Shown here: positions 49,701 to 62,514 of the stretch, piece by piece
Layout: every line of letters begins with the position of its first letter
Numbering within the stretch: position 1 is the stretch's first letter
DNA from: Takakia lepidozioides
Taxonomy: Eukaryota > Plantae > Bryophyta
Length of the DNA: 64,000 bases
Assembly (NCBI GenBank): GCA_030704615.1
Contig: CM060731.1
Location: forward strand, 41,230,001 to 41,294,000
Direction of reading: 5' to 3'
Made by a program: the position numbers and the translations under genes
The notes under the pieces: generated by a model
The model's database searches: none
What the model was told of the DNA's origin: nothing
Seen by the model: the letters and a program-made list of their open reading frames with translations, nothing else

Positions 49701-52700
49701 TGAGCTATGCAAACCACTTTGTAGAGTATTCCATGTCTCTCACACTGTATGTAACATGTACTTTACCAAAATGGTGGTGATTGGAGGTATTTAATACGCA
49801 ATTAACATCCCATGGTAGATGCAGAGCTAGATCATTATAGAGGAAGTCATTGTAAAGTCTTAAATAGGATGGGCGGAGTGCATATTGGCTTGCATTTAGT
49901 TCAATTCTTTGTGCTTTTGGAGGTATCTTCCAGTGAGGGGATTTCGGCAGATTCTTAAGGGCCTTTACACATGACCATTTCTTCTGAACTTGCTGTAACA
50001 TGTATGTCCAGGATTGAACATTACTTCTTGCTTGTTTTTTCTGAACAAGCTACAGATAATATTGACTTAGTAACCTGTCACGAGCAATGGTCCATTGGGT
50101 TTTTGTTGGGGCAGACACTTCTAGATGGGCAGCGCACAGGCACAGTGCTGTCAGTGTCGGCGTTACTCCCTGATGAAGGCTTCCAAGTCATGGGTGGACC
50201 AAGTGCAGCTCAGCAAGGAGCGGTGGCCCAATCATCCATAGGCCTCGGAAGTGTTATGGGGGGTGTTGTAGGTGGGGTTGTTGGGGGTGTAGGGGCCATG
50301 GATGTGGGGCGCAAGTTTCTCTATGACGGGAACACTTCATCCGAAGATGGACCAGGTGGCATGGTTGTTTTTGTGACCAACCAGACTGTTCTTGTGGTAA
50401 GTTATGTCACGTGCACTAGAAAAACTGTGGAGGATCAATTGCTTCCTGTTTCTGTAGGAAGATGCTAATCTTATCTCTTTGTAAGTATGTAGTGACAAAT
50501 CTATTCACATTTGATAAATTCTGCCTTAAATGCACATAGGTTGGGTTAGTGCATATGCACATCTAAAGGTGCATGCATATCTCCATCTGTGGATATGGAT
50601 AGAATGTACTCATAAGATGTTTGCCAACTGGATATGGTTAGAGAGCCAGAGGGGAGGTAGAATACCAACAACATTATGTCCCAGAGGGCCTGTAGGACCC
50701 AATTCGATTACATAGAGTAGAACAAGAGGAAGCAAGTGGAGTTAGAAAAGTAGAAGACTCATTGAAACATACACCAAAATACTCATATCAGTCTGTTGGG
50801 AGGAGTATTTGTATTCATCAAAGCACCCTTGGTTTGGGTGGTAGGTGCGTTTGGTACCAGCTTTGGAGGTATGTGCGAGGTTGGCTCGACCATCTGGCAT
50901 AAGAGAGGGAGCCATCCCTTACACAGCATGGCGGCGCATTCGAGCCAAGGTGGGATACCCTCATTTCAACGGACAGACCAATGGAAACTCAGATCCATAC
51001 ACGGTAGCCAATGGCAAAGGGATAAGTGGGCATGTCACGGAGGGGGTTCATGTCAAGGAGGATGAAGCTGGTGGGGCCAAGGATGAAGGGGAAGCCGAGA
51101 ATTGGCCTGTGCTGGCATTGGCTTGGGACAAAAGGATAATTATTTCACAACTTGTGAAGGCAGAACTAAGAGTAGTGGCGCAATGGGATCTTGACAGTTC
51201 TGCTATTGGGGTCGCCTGGCTGGAGGAGCAGGTGTGTTTTATTCTGGTTTTTCCTAAAATTTAGCTGCTGTGTATGCCTCTAATTCTCCACTTCGGTTGT
51301 TTTTCAGGCATCTCCAATAGGAACGACCAAGGAATAGAGCTTAGCCATCCATTTGCTGCAAGACTGGGTGTTAATTTGACCCGTCTCATCAAACTTGGGG
51401 AAATAGTATATCAGATTGCGTGTGATAGAATTGAAGTCTGATAGGCGTGTGGAGGCATTGCAGATGCTGGTGGTAGTGACAGCTAAAGATCAGCTGTGCC
51501 TGTTCACCAAAGAGGGGGCTGAGGTTGAGCGTGCCTCCTTGAGAGGGGAGTCAGAAAGCATGGGTGCACTAATTTACCACACCCACTTGGCCAACTCTTT
51601 TGGGAACCCAGAGAAGGCGTATCACAGCTCACTAGCTGTACGTGGGGCGGCTCTTTATTTGCTGGGACCCCTGCAGCTATGGCGGGCTCGGCTGCTGCCA
51701 TGGCGTGATCGCATCAAAGCGCTGCAAGATGCTGGTGATTGGATGGGGGCCTTCCACATTGCAATGGAGCTCTATGATGGGCGAGCTCAAGGGGTAACAG
51801 GCCTCCCAAGAGGACTAGATGCCATGCGGGATGCAATTATGGGGACACTCCTGGCACTCCTCTCTGCCTATATTGATGAGGCTTTTGCTTACTTGTCTTT
51901 GGCATTGGGCTCATCTTCAATGTCCCCTGTCGATGATGCAGTGCCGAAACATAGTTTGCAACCAGGGGAGTCTGAAGTGCGCTCTCCTGTCACAGAGACT
52001 TGGGGAGGAGTGGGCTTAGGACAAGACATGATAGCTGAGGCTCGCGAGCAGTATGCCAGAGTTGGGGGTGTTGCAATTGAGTTTTGTGTACATATTCGAA
52101 AAAGGGAGGTGCTGTTTGAGAACGTGTTCAGCAAGTTTGAGGTGGTGGGTCAAAGGGGTAAGCTAATGTCGATGTGTAGAGCTCGTTATGTGTTGGGAAG
52201 CAACAGTCCGTGTGGTTTCCGAATGTCAGTCCTGCACAGTTTGTACTCCAGATGAAGTGCCACAAATGATGCAGCTGAGAGAAAAAGCTGATTGTCTTGA
52301 TTTATGAGGCTGATGAGAGGTGCATTGTTGGGGGGGGGGGGGGCATAGGCACATTTTTGGAGCTACTGGAGCCATACATTCTCAAAGACATGCTTGGTTG
52401 CCTGGCTCCTGAGGTTTGCATTCTTTTTCTATGCTTGTACAACTTTGTAGTATCCTCAAGATTTATATGTTTCCTCCTCTCAAGCAGTTTCCATGCATGT
52501 GCGGATAATCTTTGACATGTCCATGGGCTTGTTTGGAGTTTCTGTAGATGGAGCGTGAATGACAAATTCTGTAGTACTACTTGCTGTCTGTGTTTGGAGT
52601 GAACAAAATTGTGACTGGGGTTGTGGTTGGCAAGCAGGTGATGCAAGCACTGGTGGAACACTACAGCCAACGTGGATGGTTGCAGAGGGTTGAGCAGTGT

Positions 52701-55700
52701 GTGCTCCACATGGACATTGGCTCCCTGGATTTCAATCAGGTATATTTCCTCTTTTTGTCCCATCAAGCTATGTAAGGGCAATTTCAGTTCTGCAGCAAAT
52801 TTTATTAGGACAATATTCACATGCTTTGGATGTCTTCAACAGTGGGACCCTTGGCTGGGGTTGGCAGGTGGTGAAGTTGTGCCGAGAGCACGGCCTGTAC
52901 AGTGCACTCATTTACTTGTTCAATAAGGGCCTCAATGACTTCCGGTTTCCGTTGGAAGAGCTTCTGGCTGTTGCCCAACGTGCCGATAGCCCTTCGTATG
53001 CACATGCCTTTGGGTGTGTTTCCTGAGCTTAGATCTTGTAAACGTCTCTGTGGGTAGACTAAAACTGGAAATAGAGAATTTCAGCAAGAATTATTGTGGT
53101 AGGACCTGTCAGCATATTCAGTACTGGCCTCATGCTGTCTGGTTGTACCATTTTAAGGGATGGTCTCTACAATGCATTCTTTAGATCATCAGACTACGTA
53201 GGCTACGGCAAACAACGTCTTATGAGTACAATCTTTAGATCATCAGACCAATTTCTGACTGGCATGCAACCAGTTGATTTCATGTCAAACAAATGGGTCG
53301 TATCTCTGCTTTCTCTCCTCCGCTTTTATAGCCAAATTTTTTTCTTCGTTTGTTCGTATGCTGGTGCACCTGAAGCTGTGATAACGTCTCTTGTATTGCA
53401 AAACACCATTGAAGTGGGAGATATAATGGTGTGGGAGCGTACAGATACAAGTTGCTGGTGTACTTGAAGCACTGTTTTTCGGGTCTTGCTTTCCCTCCTG
53501 GTATGTGAGCTTTGCTTCTGCTAAGAAATAACAGCCAGTGGGACTTCGAGATTTGGACTTCCCAGCAGCTGCAACTCTCTCACTGCTATAACTACCCTCC
53601 AGTGCTGGCATGTCTGCATGTTGAGGCGAGAGTTCAACACCACTAGTGGTATGCCTTTGCGAGATTAATGTGAATCCCAGCTAGTATAGAACCCAAGTTT
53701 GACACTGAGTGACAGGATTGATGGGATAGAGAAGCAATGAGTGATGTTCATTTTAGCATCCCGATTAGTGACAAACCATATGCAGTTGTTCTGGAAAGTA
53801 GGCAATGGAGGGACATTGCAGATATGAGAAGTATAATGGGCAGAATAATTTGTGACATATGCTTGCCTGCTTGTTTATTGTACACCTAAAATTAGTTCTT
53901 TCAACCGTAATAATTCAACCTGCTGTCATGGTTACAGGACATGGGGCACTTGCTGCTGATCGCTTACCAGCCTTGCGGGGGGAAATATTGCAGTTTTTAC
54001 TTGATGAACAAGTCATTGCTGGAGGAGAGTGCCTGTTGAACTCGGAAATCACTGTGTACCCAAGACTCTGGTATTTGTTGCAATTGGACACACAAGCAAC
54101 ACTTCTGGTGTTGAGGCTGGCCTTCCCCAAGCACGGCCCATTAGGTGTTGGGGAGCGAGGTTGTGCATACCTTACCACCGTCAGCCACGAGCCTATAGCA
54201 GAAACATCTGAAACCCATCCACAAGAGTTTAAAGATGTAGTTTCTTCTCCCGAGGTTGTTGATGAGGGGTCGAGGTATATGCAGGCGGTTGTGAATGCAT
54301 TAACCCAGATTGTAGCTACTGCCGGTACAGATCCTGTGGATGAACGAGAGGAATCCATGTCTTCTGACAAATCCCAGAGGAACTGGCCTTCCAAAGTGGA
54401 TGTCGGTTTCATGCTGGAGTTTGTTGCCCAGTTTGTGGCATCGAGGCACGTAGTGGTTTCAAGTATTGCCCTGGGACACATTCTTGAGTATTTGGCATCA
54501 TCGTCTGCAAAAAGCAAGAAAGGCAGTGAGATAGAAGACCTGATGGTTGCCTTGTTGAATGCGGTCCCAGAATCAGAGTTAGACACTCCTCACACCCTCG
54601 AACTTTCTGAACATCAAGGTTTTTGGCAGGTAGGCTCTCTTTGCTGATGTTGCATAAGGGGCATCTCCAACTTCTTCAAATTTCTTGTTTAATCTGGCTG
54701 AAGGATAGGCTAGCTTCTGCAGCATGTGGAATCACCATGCAAATAGTATCTGTTTTACTGTCTCAAATACGTCCAGGTGTTTTGCAATGGATTTGAGGAG
54801 CATGGTGCACTGAAAATATTGGTGTTGTGATTGTATGTGTAGGTGAGTGCTTTGCTGTATAGACGAGGGGGGGATTATACAGCAGCACTGGACAGTTATC
54901 TCAAAGATGCAAGTCGGTGTCAGCAGCCTTTCTCATTCATCATGGAACTGCTTGACCATGTGAATGGCCTGAAAGGATCGGTGTTGACCAATTTCCGGGA
55001 AGCTGTTATTGCTCGCATACCAGGACTCATTCAGCATAGCACGTGAGTTTTCCTGAAGATTGCAAAGTACAGACAGAACTTGTTTGTGTAGTCTTGGAAC
55101 ATTCTCACGCAGGTGCAAGGTGTAAAATTACATTTTGAAGAACTCGAATGCCTTTTGTGACTTCATTTTTGTAAGATTTTCTGATTAACTGTCAACCTAA
55201 AATCATGGTCACTGAAACCTGGTTTGCTGGTCAGAAAGGGCACACTGTGGGTCATATTGGAGCACCTCAGCAGCGAAAATCAGCGGGTAATGAAGGCGCT
55301 TTGGTCTCACCCAAGGCTGCTGTTTGCGTATCTCAAAGCTATCATGGAAGCCCGCCCAGGCAGTCACTCTCTTCCCTTCGCAACTCATGGGATTGCCTCC
55401 ACCTCTCACACAGAGGTTGTTAAAGACACTACATCTGGGAGTGAGCGATTGGGGCTGGGCGGGAGCCCTAGTATTGAACCTTCTTCCAGGTGGGAACCAC
55501 AGATCAACTTGGGGGATTTGCTTCAACGATCCGGCATAGAGTTCACTGATGACATGGCTGAGCTCTATGTTCAGGTAGCTTTTTGTACATACTGTTCTCA
55601 ATCGAACGAACATACATTTGGCATGTCTGGGCTGGACCAATTGGTGTGCACTTGTTTTATCAAAATCTACCTCAGCTTGTTTGTTTTCTTCTCTTTGCAT

Positions 55701-58700
55701 CAACCGTGTGCTATGCTTTATCCCTTTTTGGAAGTAGATTGAATGACTTTTGTAAGGGCATGATAGTGATTATTTAGGTTTGGTTAGTGCAGCTGTTGTG
55801 CCAGTTTGAACCCGGATCAGTTCTCAAGTTTCTGGAGGGCTATGAAAATTACCGGCTGGAGCACTGCCTCAAACTATGCCAGGACTACGGCATCACAGAT
55901 GCAGCCACCTTCTTACTGGAGCGAGTGGGGGATGTGGCAAGCGCACTGGCACTGGTGCTCGCTGACATAGATGCACACATGCATAACATGGACCATTCCA
56001 CGCTTGCATTGTCTTCTGTGGCAGTGCGACCCTCTGAAAAGGATGACAGTTGGCTGTTTGACATTCCTGAGGTTGCGTTTCGTTCTTCTCTCTTTTCAAT
56101 TTTTGGAAATTGAAGAACTGTTTTACTGAGAAATACCAGCAGACCTGAGATGACCCCCAAAAGTGCACAAAACCGAACAGACTGGGGCAAAGAAGCTGAC
56201 CCATTTCACCCCTCAGCAGAGAAAGCTCTCACAGTCCATGCTTTGTGGTATTCATTCACCACGACAGCCTGAGCATCAAAATTACGTGTCTTAACGTCCT
56301 TTATGAATCTGCTCCCAATCAGCATGATCAGAAGTGAGGGCATCCTTCCAAGCCGACTTTAGTTTGTAGCAACAGAGTAATCAAAGAGTAAGTATCCGCA
56401 GACAGCAAAAAAGATGCACAATTTGTGCGAAGCTATTCCCTAGAAATTATTCATGGCTGAAGTGCATATGTTCGATGTAGGTTCTGCTGGTAAAGACTAT
56501 CTACATATGTGATTTAGAAGATTCATACAAAACTGGGGAGTATTGTATCATTTGAAGCTGGAGGATACTGAAATATATTTTTGCCAAGCAAGCTAAGTTC
56601 TGGAGCAATGTAGAGCTACAATGTGACCCGCTGTGGGTTAGTCGTGGTGCTTATCGTGGCTTCACAACTCCACGTGCGGTTGCACTATCAACTGGCTCTG
56701 ACATGAGTAATGGGGGTTGAACAGGTGGCAGCTGTCTCATCAGCAGTTGGTGTGGCAGTCGCTCTGTGTCAGCGGAATACCCTACGACTTGATCCTCAGG
56801 AGTCAGAGTCTCTCTGGTTTCGCCTCCTTGATAGGTATACACATTGATGAATGAGATACTGATGTAACTTTCACAGAGCAGTAGGCCCCTTATCTGTTGA
56901 CACCTTGTGGAACAGCTGAAGTCCTTTGCTTCCGTCTGTTGTTCCATGTGTAACTGGTTGGATCAGAAACATATGCAGGTCGAGGTCTGCATGTATGTGG
57001 TATGGTCAACTTAAATGCTTTCAGCATTGTTTTGCCAGAGCATTGAGAGGTTTGCCTGAACCATGCTCTGGCTCATCTGCAGAATTGTGGGGCCATTACA
57101 TGATATCACAACCACAAGCAGTGTGACCCATGAAACCAAGAAGCACCACAAGCGTAATAGGTCAAAGCGAGGAAGAGCACAGGATAGAACCAGCGTGCAG
57201 TTGAGGGTGGCTGATATTGATATTGCTGGTAAGTCAACTCCCAGAATATAGCCTATGGACTCAGTGTTTGAGTGGTTATAGTTTGAGCTTGAAGTGGTAT
57301 GAACACAGTGATACTCGTAACACATGTTACCACCCAATCATCACTGGGTTGTATTTTTTGACTGTAGGGACCGTGCCTAATGTCTCTCAGGATTGATTCG
57401 AGCTTGTACCCAAAGGGGTCCAACCCAAATGTAGCTATTTGATTATCAATCTTATATCTGTAGTCACTATAAAGGTTGCTTTGGATCTGAGCAAAAGTAT
57501 TGTAGCTATGAATTGTGTGTCAAGACGACCAGGCGCACCTGTTCCCCTGACCCCGTCAATGTGTTTTAAAGAAAATAATTAATTCACATTAATTTTTTAT
57601 ACTCGTTAAACACTGCAGGCGAGTCTGTAAGGAAGGTGCTGGTGCAGATGATGGGGAACATCATAGATGGCATGATGGGTTATGTGCCATTGCGTGTCAT
57701 TATGGAGAAGATTCTGGTGGAACATGGAAGCCACCCATTTGGGGACTTCAGAGCAGCTATCCTTAACATGCTTAGTACTTATGGCTACGAGCGCTCCATT
57801 CTGGTACTACATTTTTGGAAGAACTCGCATTCTTTTATCTATTTCCTATTTACTTGCAAGATTGAAATGTTCATATGACAATTCTCTCAGCCAGCCTCAA
57901 GCCAGGATCCGAGATGGAACATCACGTCTTGTTTGGTGTTTTTGTTTTGAAAATTCTGCAGCTCAAGGGCTTCTGAAACAGCTCCTTCCTGCTTGTCAGG
58001 CATCATTTAAGGCTGACATTGTCCTCGTGCAATGTGCATTTTACCACAGCCACATTTGTTTTCCCAGGACTGTGTTGTTGTGAATGGCAACCTGAAGCTT
58101 CCTGGTAGTTGAAGCTTTTCCTATGTGGGTGATGCAGAGGACAGCTATGCGACTCATAGAGGATGACACATTTTACAACATTAATTCCCTGCGGAAGGGC
58201 AGCACACATGCATATGCTCCTGTTGCTTCAATTTGCTGCATTTGCAGATGTGAATTTGACACGGCAGACAACCTAGGTCACATTAGCAGCTCCAGCATTT
58301 CGGGGAAGTTGAAAGGAAACTTGAGTGATGAAGGATCCACAAGCCATGATGCCACTAAAAATTGCATGTGTATCTTCTTCTGTGGGCATACTGCCCATGT
58401 TGACTGTATCGATATCGATGGAGGCTCCACAAGAGGAAGAGGGGTTGGCGTGTGCCCTGTTTGTTCACACAAAAGAAAGTCAAGTGTGCCATCTTCCCAT
58501 GGAAAGACGGTTGTTCCGCAGAGTGAGGGGCTGATTGATGTACGGTCTCAAAGGTCTCCAAGACAAGTCAGGAGTGCTGCATACTTGGAGGGGTTGGGCA
58601 TGGCCACCAGGATAAACTATTCTCCAGGCCGATCTCGGGTGTGTCTCCTGCCTGATTTATGTTGCATTCTCTCTTTGTACCTGTACCAAGGTGTAGCTCA

Positions 58701-60583
58701 AGGATGTACCCTCTCCCCTCTGCTCTTCAATGTTTTCATCAATCAACTCCTCAGGATGTGGAAACAGAGGGATTTGTGTTAAGGGTGGGTGATGCCACCA
58801 TACCAGTCCTTATGTTTGCAGATGACTTGGCAGGCATAGGGGAGACTCCTTCCAATTTCCAGGAGTTGATTGATTGTGCAAAGAGATACTTTCACCTTTG
58901 GGGGCTAGAGGCTAACGTCAGTAAATGTGCAGTGGTGGCATTCAACGACCGAGGAGAGGGAGGAGGTGATCTCAAGTGGTACTGGGGAAGCCAAGAGATT
59001 CCGGTCCTCCCTTCCTACACGTACCTCGGCGTTGAGTTTTCCTCCAATTGTAACTGGGATGCACAAATTCAGAAAGTTGTGCTGGGTCTCACTAAATTTT
59101 TCCACTGCAGAGGGATCAACTCTGAGGTCAAAAAAACCATGCTTTGTCGTGTTATTAGACCTGCCTTGGAGTACGCATCTGGGTTGATAACTCCAACCAG
59201 GCTAAGTCTCTAGAATCCATTCAAAAGGAAGTGCTTAAGGAGTGCATGTCAGCATGCTCCAAAACAGCCAATGTGGCTGTTCAGGGTGAGTTTGGCATCC
59301 TTTAAGCTCCCGACTAGATGAATTCAAGGGGTCAGATGGTGGGGTCAGCTGCAACATATGTCCAACATCAGATATCCTAAGTTAATCGACTCTATATCTT
59401 GGAAGCAGGATCGCCCTGTCAAACAGGCTAAGTCCTGGCGGAAGAGAGTAGAAGAGATTCTCAAGGATCTGAATCTGAGCCCGCAAGTCTTGACCCTGCC
59501 GGATAAATCTGACATAGAGGCTGTAGTGTCCGCAGCCATGTCTGTTGCCAGGAAATTGTCTGATGAAAATAAAGTTATCAGAAAACTTCCCTGAAAACTT
59601 CTCCAGTCTGTGACATGGTGGAGGACATCATGGATGACCTCAAGGGTCTACCCACTCTCGGCACCAGACTGAAATCTAAACTCAGGGCGGGAAGTTGCCT
59701 TTGAACAGCAAACAGAAACAGAGAGGAAAGGGAGAGTGCAATTGCCCGTTGTGTGGGCAACCTGAAGACAATATTTGTTTTCTGATTCATTGAGCACCCG
59801 TCCAAGGGAGTTGTGCATGTACCTCATTTACCAACTTTGAAAGTCTTGAGGCTGAGCCAAAAGCCCAGGACCTTTTGGGGCCTAGTTTTTGGGCAAACCA
59901 CACACAGCAGGTTGATGCTTGTGTAAAAGGATTTCTAGAGGATATCTGGGAAACCCGGATCAATTGTTTATTCCAAGGTAAGTCTTACTATCGGCGTCAG
60001 CCTCTGACAAAGGGAGGTTCTGTCCCTTTGTGTCGCTCAAACTGGACGCGGGATCAATTGCCACAAGGCTACGGCAAACAACGTCTTTGAGTACAGTCTC
60101 TTTGTACCTGTGTACGAACTCCCTTTTAACTCCCCTTGTCTCCTAACAAAGAAGACTCAGTGTTGCATTGTTCATCTCAGGTAGCATCAGTGCCTACAGG
60201 CCACATGCATGCAAAGAGAGACCACATGTATGTGATGACAGGCTGAAGTAGGTTTCTGGACAGACCTCCAAGGAGCACGATGCATGCTGCATCGTATTTG
60301 CATGCTAAAAAGCAGGCTAGAAGGATGTGATTTGTTCTTTATAGAGATCCTCGTTACGTCTGATTGAGCAATTTGTTCTTGGTCGTGATTATCTGTGGAT
60401 CTGCAGCTGGAGTTGCTGCATGAGCTGGAGAAGGGAAAGGGCCTGCAGGACCTGGGCCCTTCTGTATTTCTCCGCCTGGCCCCACCCAGCATCCCTCGAA
60501 AGCACAGGCATCCAGTGTCTGAAAGCAGTGGTTCTTCACGTGTTAGGTCCACACATAGGACCTTGCGTACAGTGAAAAAATGA
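46717..60583 (+). CDS. VPS8: Vacuolar protein sorting-associated protein 8 (CORVET subunit), about 18 exons
   Basis: FDLDALL N-terminus, SGLHWEEGVAAQPMRLEG, WD40 region, LLPWRDRIKALQDAGDWMGA, FLELLEPYILKDML, EQCVLHMDIGSLDFNQV, LYSALIYLFNKGL, YKLLVYLKHCF, ALCQRNT...LWF, C-terminal RING C..C...FFCGH..H..C...CPVC. Confidence 0.93.
53195..53231 (+). mobile_element. 37-bp 5'-truncated non-LTR retrotransposon insertion with a 17-bp target-site duplication, in a VPS8 intron
   Basis: TSD TCTTTAGATCATCAGAC at 53178-53194 and 53232-53248; insert ends AGGCTACGGCAAACAACGTCTTATGAGTACAA. Confidence 0.88.
58685..60096 (+). mobile_element. 5'-truncated degenerate non-LTR retrotransposon (RT plus C-terminal Cys motif; RTEX-like, clade uncertain) in the last VPS8 intron
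   Basis: GVAQGCTLSPLLFNVFI, MFADD, WGLEANVSKC, YTYLGVEF, CPLCGQPED; 15-bp TSD TCTCTTTGTACCTGT at 58670-58684 and 60097-60111. Confidence 0.9.
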
Positions 60584-62514
60584 AACATCTTGGGGTCAGC
60601 AGCCAGCCTACGGCATTGCCATTGTACATCATGGGTCATAAACGGCCAAGGTTTCCTGGTATGTGACACCCTGTCCAGTGGATGTGACTTTTCAATTCCT
60701 TTATTACGTTATTCTTAATGTCACCGCACCTCTCTTTAGAGCTTTTCCAGCTCCATCAGGATGAAATTTTTCTTCTGATTATTTTGTGCCTTGGTTGATG
60801 TGAGTCTCTCAAGCAGCGTTCTCCCAATCCTTTGGATGCAAGCTTTTTCCCTTGAGAAGATCTGTGGTGAACTTGTCCTATGTGAAAAGGGTCCTGGAGG
60901 CAGGAGGAGAACTGGAATCATCTTCTTAAGCATGTCTTTCTAGCTGTGATGTTACTGTCTGAAATTTTTTGTTTGAATTGGTGTTACAGGGTCCATCTAC
61001 TTCTGGTGTACAGACTCATTTGTTGTGGTGGATTGTTCTCTATCCACAGTAAGGGCAATGATCACCATGATGTCTGCTCTTTCATTATGTCAAGCAGACC
61101 TCTATTTGGACCACTCTCTATGCCTTCTGTTCCTACACTATTGCAAAAAGACCATGCCATGTATCTAGTGTGTGGTTCACTTTGACAATTCAAATCCACC
61201 AATGTGGAAGGAGAGGGAGCCACAATGGTTTTGAAGGCCTAGTTTTCAGTTTATTAGCAAAATGTGCTAGTACACAATCATTTGGCTGTGAGCAAAGTTG
61301 GATCAATGATGATGCTCATTAGATTTATGCCTCACGACCAGCAAGTGCCTGTATTAGAAGTGTTTTGCAATCAGTTATTAGGAGAGTGCTGTTCATCCGC
61401 ACCAGCATCTGTTGAAGGTGTTCAGTTAGTTCCTCTTCTAGATTACCAGAAAAAACTGAGGATCTTTCTTCAGCCATGAGTTCACTTAGAGTTCAGTTAC
61501 AGTTATGAAGATGTTTTAGCAGGCAACTTTCTGTAGTGTAGTCCCCAATCCCCACCACATTTCTTACGAAAACCATCATTTTCTTTTCGTTTCTTTGCTC
61601 CTGTGATGGAAGACTTCCGTCTGAACGTGGGTCACGGTTGGCTCTACTGCTGTTGGCATTTTCACTCTCTCTCCCTCATGATATGATTTGGTTGGGATGA
61701 CTTCAAATTTCTTGAATACCGGCAGATCAGTAGGGAAAATTAGCCCCTGAAATTATTCAGGTGATTGATGATTGAAATCGGCTGGATGACAAATCACATT
61801 TATAACGCAGCAAGTTTCAGCCCATCTGAAGAATGGGCATCGGGAATTGCTTGTAAACTTAGTCTTGTTTGGCTGGGCAGACAGTTAGAGCTGAACTTGC
61901 AGTTCGTGGTGAAACAGCCTCAGACAGTTGAAGGAAGATTCATCCAACGATCTAGCATAGAGAATGTCTATGCAGAGCTCTTTCTGGGATAACAAAGCTT
62001 CTGCTCCAATCTGCGGCTTCTTGGGTGCAGCTAGTGCTGTTGCGGCCAGGGTATAAATGGGGTGGAGATAGAAAATGGAAAATAGCATTTCCCTATGCCT
62101 GGAAAATAGACAATACCAGGGCTTCTGAAAATCCATGATGTCAATGGCAGCTGAGGGAATGTAATTGACCTCTGGTTCCATGAAACGGGATTGCATTACC
62201 CTTGCGGGCCTGAGACAGGCGAGTAAGACAGTACACTTTGACAGGAAGTAGTTACTTTCCAAAACACTGCAGTTCACATTGTTTGCTCTGTAATACCACA
62301 GCATGTACAAGATGCGGACCATTGGCCCGAAGTACCATTGATGGAACCGTCATAATTACATGATCATCATACTGGAAACAATTTTGTTCAGCTCTGCATT
62401 GCAGAAAAAAGACCAAGTCTAACTCCATCCACACATGTGTGCACAATCTCGGTTGACAAACAATACTATTCAGGCCAAAACTTCACTCTAAAATTCAATA
62501 CATTGCTGGTCTAG

